64,000 nucleotides of DNA from Phyllobates terribilis (taxonomy: Eukaryota), in contig NW_027362772.1 of the NCBI RefSeq assembly GCF_046119375.1, positions 151,280,001 through 151,344,000 on the forward strand, written 5' to 3'. Below the pieces are notes generated by a model, which did no database searches, was not told the DNA's origin, and saw only the letters and a program-made list of their open reading frames with translations. Made by a program: the position numbers and the translations under genes. This document shows positions 22,297 through 34,203 of this stretch, one piece after another. How positions within the stretch are numbered: position 1 is the first letter of the stretch; each line of letters starts with the position of its first letter.

Positions 22297-22355
22297 TACA
22301 TGGTAAGTAGCAGTCTTAGTGACAGATATAAGTCTCCTGAGATTATCTATAGAGT

Positions 22356-22572
22356 TTACATGTCAAACTCCGGCCCTTGGGCCAAATCTGGCCCGCGACA
22401 CCAAAACAGCCACCCTTATGTGGGGCCCATTATACTGTATGGAGGACTATGTTGGGCCCATTATACTGTATGGAGGACTATGTGGGGCCCATTATGCTGT
22501 ATACTGGTTGGCCTGCCACTTTGTTCAATTTTTTAATTTTGGCCCTCTGTGTGTTTGAGTTTGACATCCTTG
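22356..22572. mobile_element. hAT (Charlie-like) MITE with internal 31-bp repeats
   Basis: ATGTCAAACTC ... GAGTTTGACATCC; internal ATGTGGGGCCCATTATACTGTATGGAGGACT about three times. Confidence 0.55.
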
Positions 22573-23099
22573 CTATAGAGAAACTTATTATATTCATCTA
22601 AATGCAACTTCAAATATGAGGTTCCTTTTTGTCTGCCTTACAACATGTGACTAATTAAGTTTTGGGTTCAGCCGAGTTCAATGAGTTGCCTTATTTGATA
22701 TTCCCCCTATTTGGACCTTATGATCATTTAAGCTATTTGTTTTTTTATTAAGATACCACAGGGCAGATTGATCTATATGGTGGGCCATGACCTTTCATCT
22801 ATTTCTAAATAATAGACAGTGATCAGGATGTTTACTGCAAAACCAGACTGTATCATTCTATAGCAATATAAGCATTAATTGACAATAGCATCAGCACTTT
22901 TTCTGATCAATATATAATTTTCCTCCTCTGATTGGGTGTAACAGGGTGAGAAGGGTCAGCTGCTGATGAGCAGGGGCGCCACTGTGCAGGTCTAGGGTGC
23001 CAACCTCCGCTGCTAGGCAGGAGGAAGTTTGAGAGACTAAATAGGGATCAGATTGTGTTCCCATAGGCTTGATGATACTGATTGTGTTTGTCTTATATA

Positions 23100-24660
23100 C
23101 ACTGCTCAAAAAAAAATAAAGGGAACACTTAAACAACAGAATATAACTCCAAGTAAATCAAACTTCTGTGAAATCAAACTGTCCACTTAGGAAGCAACAC
23201 TGATTGACAATCAATTTCACAAGCTGTTGTGCAAATGGAATAGACAATAGATGGAAATTATTGGCAATTATCAAGACACTCAATAAAGGAGTGGTTCTGC
23301 AGGTGGGGACCACAGACCACATCTCAGTACCAATGCTTTCTGGCTGATGTTTTGGTCACTTTTGAATGTGGTTGTGCTTTCACACTCGTGGTAGCATGAG
23401 ACGGACTCTACAACCCACAGAAGTGCTCAGGTAGTGCAGCTCATTCAGGATGGCACATCAATGCGAGCTGTGGCAAGAAGGTTTGCTGTGTCTGTCAGCG
23501 TAGTGTCCAGAGGCTGGAGGCGCAACCAGCAGACAGGCCAGTACACCAGAAGACGTGGAGGGGGCCGTAGGAGGTCAACAACCCAGCAGCAGGACCGCTA
23601 CCTCCGCCTTTGTGCAAGGAAAAACAGGAGGAGCACTGCCAGAGCCCTGCAAAATGACCTCCAGCCGGCCACAAATGTGCATGTGTCTGCACAAACGGTT
23701 AGAAACCGACTCCATGAGGGTGGTATGAGGGCCCGACGTCCACAGATGGGGGTTGTGCTCACAGCCCAACACCGTGCAGGACGCTTGGCATTTGCCACAG
23801 AACACCAGGATTGGCAAAGTCGCCACTGGCGCCCTGTGCTCTTCACAGATGAAAGCAGGTTCACACTGAGCACATGTGACAGAGTCTGGAGACGCTATGA
23901 AGAGCGATCTGCTGCCTGCAACATCCTTCAGCATGACCGGTTTGGCAGTGGGTCAGTAATGGTGTGGGGTGGCATTTCTTTGGAGGGCCGCACAGCCCTC
24001 CATGTGTTCGCCAGAGGTAGCCTGACTGCCATTAGGTACCGAGATGAGATCCTCAGACCCCTTGTGAGACCATATGCTGGTACGGGGCCCTGGGTTCCTC
24101 CTAATGCAGGACAATGCCAGACCTCATGTGGCTGGAGTGTGTCAGCAGTTCCTGCAAGATGAAGGCATTGAAGCTATGGACTGGCTCTTCCGTTCCCCAG
24201 ACCTGAATCCGATTGAGCACATCTGGGACATCATGTCTCGCTCCATCCACCAGCGTCACACCACAGACTGTCCAGGAGTTGGAGGATGCTTTAGTCCAGG
24301 TCTGGGAGGAGATCCCACAGGAGACCATCCGCAACCTCATCAGGAGCATGCCCAGGTGTTGTAGGAAGGTCATACAGGCACGTGGAGGCCACACACAATA
24401 CTGAGCCTCATTTTGACTTGTTTTAAGGACATTACACCAAAGTTGGATCAGCCTGTAGGGTTTTTCCACTTTAATTTTGGGGGTGACTCCAAATCCAGGC
24501 CTCCATTGGTTAATAAATTTGATTTCCATTGATGATTTTTGTGTGATTTTGTTGTCAGGACATTCAACTTTGTACAGAGCAAAGTATTCAATGAGAATAT
24601 TTCATTCATTCAGATCTAGGATGTGTTATTTCAGTGTTCCCTTTATTTTTTTGAGCAGTG
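23100..24660 (+). mobile_element. Tc1 transposon, family C, copy 2, frameshifted transposase
   Basis: TA|CACTGCTCAAAAAAAAATAAAGGGAAC ... GAGCAGTG|TA; ORFs 23434-24162 and 24074-24364 split by a frameshift near 24080. Confidence 0.93.
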
Positions 24661-27600
24661 TATTTAAGTGTTTATATCCTATGCTTTAAATGATCAATTA
24701 AAGGTTACATTTTAAGAATTTTTCTAATGTACAATAATTACGGTGAGTTTGATCATGGAGAGGGACCGTCCAACTTGTCATCGAGGAGAGGGACTGTCCA
24801 GCTTGTTATCAGCACATAGTTCTGTATCTCTGATTTTATGGGGTTGATTAGTGCTGAGCAGCTGCACAAGAAAGGTGCTATCCATCTAAATACTGACATC
24901 AGACAGCCCCATACACATGCATGCTCGGCTCTACTATATAATTCTTTATAGTTGATTATCAATCTTCCTATATAAGGCAGAGGTCATGAAATTGTGGTTT
25001 GGGAACTACACAATTTAGTTACTTATCATACTGGGAGGATTTATTTATTTTCTCTATCGCTTCATTGGGGGACACAGGAAACCATGGGAGTATGCTGCCA
25101 CCACTAGGAGGCTGACAGTAGGCAGAAAAAAGTAGCTCCTCCCCAGCAGTGTACACCCCACGACTAGCACTAAGTTAATCAGTTTTAGCTTAGTGTCAGT
25201 AGGAGGTGGACACAGGTCTTCCACTAGACCCAGATCTACCTTGGTTTTTGGCGTTTTTCAGTAATTTTTTCCCTTTTCCAGAAGGTTCCTCTTCTGTCCC
25301 TGGGAGGAAGCAGTGTGAAGAGTCACTTTGTTGTCCCATGTAGAGACAATGAGTACGGCGTGGACTGCCACCTCGTATCCTCATCTGTCTATCGGGCAGG
25401 ACCCCCAGCCGCTAACACATCAAGAGTGTTCAGGAGATCTGAAGAATGGTCCTGGCCCCCCACTCCTGCCCGCCTGCCCTCCAGAGCCAGATGGTTTCAG
25501 GAGGTACAGACGTCGTGCAATCGGAGTTGCCCCCTTGATGGTGAGGTCTGGGTGTCTGATCGTATTTCTGAAACCTGTTCAGGGACGAAGAGGTAACCCC
25601 ATTTTTTCTACATGTTCCCCTCCCTGTTCCCGGGAGGTGAGAAGAAGATCCGCACAACAGATGGATGTAACAGGGGCTCTTGATTAGTATTTTTGACATA
25701 TGTGTGCGGCTGTTTATTAACTATGTCTGAATGTGTTTGCGAGTCTGGTCCAGCCATAAGGCCTGTTCTTCACCTTCGTTTTAGTCCTCTGCGCACCTCC
25801 CGCCTCTCTGCCTACTTTGGGGTCACAGTCTGTGGGACCTAGCCGCGGTGTTTGGCTCCACCCACTCTTCCTCATCGCGCGGGCTTTTTCTCTGCCCTGC
25901 GCAGACACGCCCCCTCAGTGTCGCGGGAAACTGTTTGCCCTTTTCTCTTAGAAAGCCGCCTCTTCCTTCCCGTGGTCACCTTTTTCCGGCACCTGGACTT
26001 CCAGCATCTCCGGAGCCTCTCCGGCCAGCCTTCTTGACCCCTCAACACCGCAAGACCCTGCAATCAATTTGCGGGTCCACATCTCTCCTGTAGGTAAGCT
26101 CTGCTCTGCAGACTGTAGCTCTCCTCAGCAATTGCTCTTTTCTGTCCCCTAACCTCTGACATTAGTGAGTGAGTCTGTCCACCTTCTGTCATGTCTAATT
26201 CTAAAGGAGAGCACTCCCACCCTCTTGCCTCTACTATTCTTCGCAAGCATTTTGTTTGCTCTTCTTGTAAGTGCAGACTCCCTTCAGGGCAGGCTTCTTC
26301 CCTCTCTCAGGATTGCAGCAATCCCTCCATCCTCACTACCCAGGAGTCCTCTGCCGGTTCCGAAGAGAGTGGCCCCCGTATCCCACCGTGGGCTACTTCT
26401 CGGTCTCAAGCCGTTGCAGATTTTACCAAGGTGTCTCAGACCCTGGTATCCGTGCTGGATGGATTGCCTATCCCCCATCACACTGCTGGTGGTGGATCCC
26501 AGGACCCACCCTTACCTCCTTCCACAGTTACCACCAATGGCTGTAAGAGGGCTAGGAGGGAGAATTGCTCCAGATCTTCCTGTCACTCCTTGTACTCCCA
26601 TGGCCCCATCTCGGCGGCTGGTTTCTTCTCGATTCATCCTACGTAGACACGTCAGCGGATCTGGGTTCCGAAGCTAATTCGGACCTGGACTCTGACCAGA
26701 CTTCTAACATGAGAGACATGGTTGAGAGTCTTATTGTAGCGATCAATCAGACCCTTAATATCAAGGATACCCTACGAAGCCTGCAAAACAGGTGTTGTCC
26801 TTCAGATGGACAAGACAAGCTCCTTGAGTTTTCGCTCCCCCTACAGAATTTGTAGGGGGCCTTAGCAGAGAGTGGGAAAACCCTACCAGACGCTTCAAGA
26901 GAAGGAAGAGTCTTGGCATCCTGTATCCCTTTGCCTCAGATCTCACTGAAAATTGGACTGTTCCTCCAGCTGTGGACTCCCCAGTCTCCAGACTATCCAC
27001 CAACATGGTCCTTCCCGTTACGGACGGGTCTTCACTCAGGGACTCCAATGACAGACTCATGGAGTCCTTTGTCAAGTCAGCCTTTGAAGCATCAGGTTCT
27101 ACCCCATGCCCTGCGTTTGCCACCACATGGGTGTCAAAGTCGATATCTGCATGGGATAAGCAACTCCGTCAGGGCATCCTTGCGAGAGCCGCGCCTGATG
27201 AGTTAGCTGACCAGATCTCACAAGCAGGAAAATATTTAGTGGTCACCTCCTTGGATGCCGCCTCCTGTGCAGTTCAAGCGTCCAGTAATATAGTGGCCAT
27301 CTGCAGAACCATCTGGCTAAAGGCGTGGCAAGCAGACTTGCCTTCCAAGAAGTCTCTGACCAGTCTGCCATTCCAGGGATCACAACTGTTTGGAAACAGA
27401 TTATAATGGAGGCCACTGGGGGGAAAAGCTCTCTTCTTCATCAGGCCAAACCTTGGCATCCTCCTTCTAAGTGAAAAGTTCGTCCCTTTCATCCTTTTCG
27501 CCACTTCTTGTCTGGGGAAGACTCGTCCTGCTAGGAGAGGCCATAGGCAAGACAGGAAAAGAGAAAGCCCTCTTTCTAACTGACACCCTCCTGGCATCCT

Positions 27601-29077
27601 TGCAATGTGCAAAGCAGATCCTCCAGGAGAAGGCCTAGAAGATTCTCCTCTGCATGACTCTCCGCTGCCGCCCAGGGAGTTTCCCGGGGTGGGTGGCCGT
27701 CTCCTGTTGTTCAGGGATGCTTGGCTCGCCTCTGTTGAGGACACCTGGGTCAGAGAGGTGGTATCTTCAGGATACAAAATAGAATTCATTTTGCGACCCC
27801 GAGATCGTTTTTTTGAATCCTGCCCTTCAAGAGACCACTCCCTGGTTCCGTTTTTTTTTTTGCAGCCATTTCCAAAGAAGGACGCTTCGAAGGACGTTCA
27901 ACCCATTCTGGATCTAAAGTTGCTGAACAAGAGAGTCCATCTACGTAATTTCAGGATGGAATCCCTTTGTTCAGTAATAGCTTCCATGGAATCACAAGAG
28001 TTCCTGTGTTCTGTGGATATCCGAGTTGCCCATCTCCATGTCCCAATTTTTCCGGGTCATCAGAGATTCCTTCGGTCATGGTACGGCAGGACTACTTTAA
28101 ATCCGTCGCTCTTCCATTCGATCTGGCAACCGCACCCAGGGTCTTTACAAAAATGGCGGTGATGGCCATCTTACGGACCAGGGGTCTAGTGGTCATACCT
28201 TACCTCGATGACATCCATGTAAAAGCTCCATCCTCCTCTCTAGCCCAGGAAAGCCTGTTCATCACTCTCCACACTCTGTCTCAGCTTGGTTGGATTGTCA
28301 AAAATTCAAAATCTTGTCTAGTTCCGTCCCATCGTCTGATTTTCCACACCATTCAGGCAAGGGTCTTGCTCCCCAAAGAGAAGAGAGCACCTCTCCAACA
28401 GGGGGGGGGGGGTTGCTCTCTTCAGGCCCTGTGATCTCCATCCCTCTGCTGGGCGGTTCTGGGCAGGATGGTAGGATCTGCAAAGGGGATCCCCTTCACC
28501 CAGCTTCGCACCAGGCCACGTCAGTGGACCATCCTGTCCCAGTGGAACAGGTCTTTTCTCTGGCTGGATCGTCCGGTCCGCATCTCATCTTGAGTCAGGG
28601 CATCACTAAACTGGTGGCTGCCCCCCCCCCTCATTCGTCTCCCCCCCCCCTATCCACTAGCAAGTGGTTACAACAGATGCCAATCTCCTCAGCTGGGGAG
28701 CTGTCTTCCACAACGTTAAGGTCCAGGGCTGTTGGGCGCCGGAAGAGACATCGCTGCCAATCAACATTCATGAGATCAGAGCCATTCTTCTATTACTTCT
28801 CCACTGGCAGGATCTTCTTGGGCCAACCAGTTTGACTCCAGCCAGACAACGCCATGGCGGTCGCATATCTCAACCACCAGGAGGGAACTCTGAGACCTTT
28901 GGCCATGACCGAAGTCTCCAAAATCCTTCTCTGGCCAGAGAACATGGTCCCGGCGTTTTCGGCAGTGCACATTCCTGGCGTAGACATTTGTGCTTGTGAC
29001 TTTCTCAGTCACTAGGGTCTAGCGGCGGGAGGATAGGAATCATCAGAAAGTCTTCCATCTGATTTGTCCATGGTGGG

Positions 29078-32000
29078 TGTCAGTTATTCCACAGAGACAA
29101 CACCAGGGAGACCACACAATATCTCACCATTGCCGTCACGCTGTCAAGATTTTGTCAGGGATCTGCGAGCACACGGTCCCCACTTCTCTCTCTACGGAGG
29201 TATCGGCAAGCAACCAGTGAGTGTATGGCGTCACACTTCTGGATTCCAACGCATGGAATAGGTGTTTACGCCCTTCCGTACGGTCACTGTCAGCTTCCCG
29301 ATAGCCTGATTATTAATATTATTCGCTGCCACCACCGGCCGAGTTTTAAATATAATACAGGTCTGGCCGGACGCCTGCATTCTGATAGCGTATGGCTTCG
29401 GGGGAGGAAATGATTACCGGACAAAAGAAACAGAACTATTAAATGTTATATTTAATCCAAAAGGGAGGCAATGTTTAAGAAAAATATACAAGATTTTACA
29501 AAGGAGACATTACAATACATAAGTAGTTACACAAAATAATAAGGATTAAAGAAGAGACTTACTATAAGATCACTGAGACGAGGTGGAGGAGGGGCTCCCC
29601 GATTTGATTTGAACGTTATCTATAACCCCTGGCAATGAGTATAGATCAATCTTCAGTTGGCTCTTTTATGCCTAAGGGGAGATCTGCCCACACACCCCTG
29701 TGGTGACATCATGTGGGCTTGGGTTCCACCCTTCATGTTTTTATTAAAATAACTAACTTCCCCGATAACTTATCCCTGGTTGCTCGCAGAAGCCCAAAAG
29801 TGATACCATATTTTCCGTTATGATTTTACCTTCACTTGGAGACCCCGCATGGCATACCTGCGATCAGTTATTCTGGTGCTTTTGCGCTACAGCTCCAAGG
29901 GGTGGGGGGGTTTACAGCGACAGGAAAATATCCCTATTGTTCCCTAGTTGATCCTGTCACTAAAAATATGGATCCCATCATTATCGGATGTATGGAATTT
30001 TAGTTATTCCATATTTTGTTTCGGCTCCGAAGGGCCTGGAGTCTGCTGCTGGGGAATTGTCTTAATTATTAGTGAGTGCCTTTCAATTTAATGAGCTATG
30101 TTCTCCTCTCTGTATCAGAGGAAAACACAATCGCATGCTAAACGGGTTCTGTAGCACCTCTCTTGTGCCAGCATTTGTCTACCTAGACACTTTTCCTGTG
30201 TACTGAGACTTGCATACAGGCAGCTGTGTGAAGTGTTAATTTGCATAGGAGACACTTTAGATTGTCATCTCTGGACAATTACTATAGGGGAGGGGTGAGA
30301 GGGACTTCAGGGGAAGAAACAGAATATTTTCAATATTTCTCTGACACAATATTTCTCTGACATCCCCCACTCTTTGAGGTGGAGTAGAGGGCTGATTTAC
30401 AGATCTCCCCTTTAAGCCCACCTCCTGGCCCACCTTTTCTGCTGATCTGACAAGCCGTGGACCCAACTTGCCCACCACCCTGACCGACTGGGGATCCAGC
30501 TTTCCGATCACCCTGACCGGTTCGGGATACATATTCCCCCACACCTCTGACAGGCTAGGGGTACCTTCCTCCCATACTCCTGACAGACAGGGGGACCCAT
30601 ATTTCCTTTACCTTGCCCGGTGGTGGGGCACCCCTTTCCAACTGTCATTGTTACCTTGGGAGCTGTACTCAATATAAGGGAGCTACGACCGGCCATATCA
30701 CAGTCCGTCGTGACATCGGTCGGCAGACCTATGATCCCCGTGTTTCTCCCCATCCTTGCTCATCACCTCTGGAGCCGTGCTAGTCCTGGGGCAGCTCCCA
30801 TTGACCGTGCCACTATCTGGCGTGATACTGGTCACCTGCACGGGACGACCTGCTTCCTGGTGTCCATGCCTGCTCACCTTGCCCATAGCACTTATGCTGG
30901 CTCGCTTTAGGGGATCCTCAGCAGCATCACCCTGCAGGGTGAGGTGGCTGAGTCCCCCTTTACCACAACACACATTTTTATTATGCATCACATTGACATC
31001 ATTGACAGTGGCATCATATAACATATCAGACCTGGGAGGTATCGGGCAACCAACCGTCCCAGATCAGTTCCCAATAGCACATTTGTTGGGAGATTCTCCG
31101 ACACCCCCACTTCCCTTAACCCCCTCCCCGCACCACAGTCCAGGAAAACTCAGGTCATCGGTATGGGACGGTGAACACCCCCAAACCCGGTGACAGTCAG
31201 GGTCTTCCCAGGAATGAGTTCCTGTGGTAACACAAACTGGGGGCGGATGAGGGTACGTTCTGCGCCAGTGTCCTTAAGGCCCACAGTAACCGGTTGTAAG
31301 TTCTCACGGGCCCAGCCAACCGCCCCACCCACAAAAAAAAATGTCTGCAGTAGGCCCTGGGGCCTCAGGTGTGGTGTTCGCAAGGCTGATATACTTATGA
31401 CCAAATGGGTCACAAGTATAATACTTACGGGAATCAAATGTAGGCCAGGTGCTGGCAGATGGGGCAGAACCCGCTGAGGGCCGGCTGACTGGAACACTGG
31501 GGGTGGTGGTAGGCTTACCCCCTTTCCAGCTGGCTGCAGTTGACTTCCGCACCTCTGGTGTGCAGTTGGCTTCATAGGCATCTGCAATCTGGGCTGCTTT
31601 GGCGGCTTCCTATGGCTCCCGGTCAACCACAAACTGTCGCACTTCGACTGGGCAAAGATGAAGGAATTGGTCCTTCACCATCAGATCCTTCAGGTCCTCG
31701 AAAGTGGTGACCGACAGTCCTCGGATCCACTGCTCAAAGTTGGTTCTGAGCCCATCCACCACATCACTGTAGCTATCATGTGGTCCACGATGGAGGGCTC
31801 TGAACTTTTTCCAGTAAACCTCCGGAGTCAGCTGGTACTTTTTTTTATCAGGGCCTGCATGAAGGCCTCATAGTCTCCATCTTGTTCTCGAGGGAGAGAA
31901 GCAAACACCTCCAGAGCTTTTCCTCTGAGCCCTGGGGTTAAATATCTGGCCCACTGGTCCGCGGGCAGCTGATATTTTTGCAGGGATTTGAAAAAGCATG

Positions 32001-34203
32001 CAGACAGTATGTCCAAGTCTCTGTCCTTTTCCATTACAGGGAAATGCTCAGGACAGGGTTTAAAGCTGTTGGACTCACGGATCTGCAGAGGGATGGCTCC
32101 TTCTGAATCCGGGCTAGCTCCAGCTGGTGCCGCTGCTCATCTTGCCACTTTCGCTCAGCAGCCTCTCTGTCAGCTTGGGCCTCTCGCTCAGCTCTCTCAG
32201 CCTAGGCCTCTGGCTCAGCCAGGTCCGCTTGGGCCTGTCGCTCAGCAGCCTCTCGATCAGCTTTGGCCCATTGCTCTGCTCTCTCAGCCTGGGCCTGTCG
32301 CTCAACAGCCTCTCGGTCAGCTTGGGCCCGTTGCTCTGCTCGGCCCTGGAATTTCATGATCAGCTGCAGTCGTCCGTCACGATCGTTTGCGTCGAGCTGC
32401 TAAAAGGCCATCTGCAGGTGGGGGTCCACACTACACTTTTTGCAAGTATGGCTGGCAGCCACAGGTGGGACCCCTGCAGCAGCGCCATCCAGGCCTTGGC
32501 TGGCCGCCTCTTCATCATCAGGGTTCTGCTGTCGGATGGGCTCTTCAGCACCTTGCAATAGTTCAGCAGTCATTTGGGCCTTGTTTTTGCCCATGGGGTC
32601 AATCTGCCTCAGCTCAGAGAGAGCAGTGATAGTGTCCTTTGACTGCTGGTGATACCAGAGGTCTCCACATGTAGCCATTATTGCCAAATAAAATATAGGA
32701 CAGAAAAACAAGAGAAGGGAAGGGGACGCAACTGCTACACATATAATAATGTCCCAGATAAAAAATATTAAAACACAGTCTGATTTCTTAAAATTCTGCA
32801 CAGAATGCTCACAAGAACCGTGCAAGTTTTCAGTGACAGGAATGATTGCTCAATCCAGCCACTGATGTTCTGTAATATCCCACCGCTGCCACCAATTTGT
32901 CAGGTATTCCACAGAGACGACACTGGGGAGACCACACAATATCTCACCGTTGCCATCACGCTGTCAAGATTTCGTCAGGGATCCGCGAGCACACGGTCCC
33001 CACTACTCTCTACGGAGGTATCGGCAAGCGACCAGTGAGGATATGGCGTCACACCTCTGGATTCCAACTCATGGAATATGTGTTTACGCCCTCCGTACGG
33101 TCACTGTAAACTTCCCCATAGCCTGATTATTAATATCATTCGCTGCCACCACCGGCCGAGTTTGAAATATAATACAGGCCTGGCCAGACGCCTGCGTTCT
33201 GGTAGCATATGGCTTCGGGGGAGGAAACGATTACAGGACAAAAGAAACAGAACTATTAAATTTTATATTTAATCCAAAAGGGAGGCAGTGTTTAGGAAAA
33301 ATATACAAGATTTTACAAAGGAGACATTACAATACATAAGTAGTTGCACAAAATAATAAGGATGAAAGAAGAGACTTACTATAAAATCGCTGAGATGATT
33401 CAAAATAGGTGGAGGAGGGGCTCCCTGATTTGATTTGAACGTTATCGAACGTGACCAGTTGCTTATAGTATCAATACCCCCCAGGCAGTGAGTATGGATC
33501 AATCTTCAGTTGGCTCTTTTATGCCTAAGGAGAGATCTGCCCACACACCCCTGTGGTGACATCATGTGGGCTCGGGCTCCACCCTTCAAGTTTTTATTAA
33601 AATAACTAACTTCAGCGATAACTTATCCCTGGTTGCGCGCAAAAGCCCAAAAGTAATACCATATTTTCCGTTATGATTTTACCTTCACTTAGAGACCCCG
33701 CATGGCATACCTGTGATCAGTTATTCTGGTGCTTTTGCGCTACAGCTCCACGGGAAGGGGGGGGGTTTACAGCAACAGAAAAATATCCCTATCGTTCCCT
33801 AGTTGACCCTGTCACTAAAAATATGGATCCCATCATTATCGGATGTATGGAATTTTAGTTATTCCATATTTCGTTTCGGCTCCGAAGGGCCTGGAGTCGG
33901 CAGCTGGGGAATTGTCTTAATTATTTGTGAGTGCCTTTGAACTTAACGAGCTACGTCCTCCTCTCTGTATCAGAAGAAAACACAATCGCATGCTAAATGG
34001 GTTCTGCAGCACCTCTCTTGTGCCAGCATTTGTCTACCTAGACACTTTTCCTGTGTGCTGAGACTTGCATACAGGCAGCTGTGTGAAGTGTTAATTTGCA
34101 TAGGAGACACTTTAGATTGTCATCTCTGGACAATTACTATAGGGGAGGGGTGAGAGGGGCTTCAGGGGAAGAAACAAAGAATATTTTCAATATTTCTCTA
34201 ACA
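29078..34203 (-). mobile_element. Gmr1-like Gypsy LTR retrotransposon with SCAN-like capsid; internally deleted, non-autonomous
   Basis: LTRs 29078-30362 and 32898-34203 (TG...CA), 5-bp TSD GTGGG, PBS at 32877-32894, PPT AAAGAGTGGGGGA next to the left LTR. Gag with SCAN-like segment at about 31570-31830; protease LKDTGAERTLIRP near 31250-31290. No recognisable integrase or RT core. Confidence 0.9.
32877..32894 (-). other. Primer binding site complementary to tRNA-Leu
   Basis: Plus strand ATCCCACCGCTGCCACCA equals the 3' 18 nt (including CCA) of vertebrate tRNA-Leu(AAG/TAG) as recalled; lies 3 nt from the 5' LTR. Confidence 0.85.
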
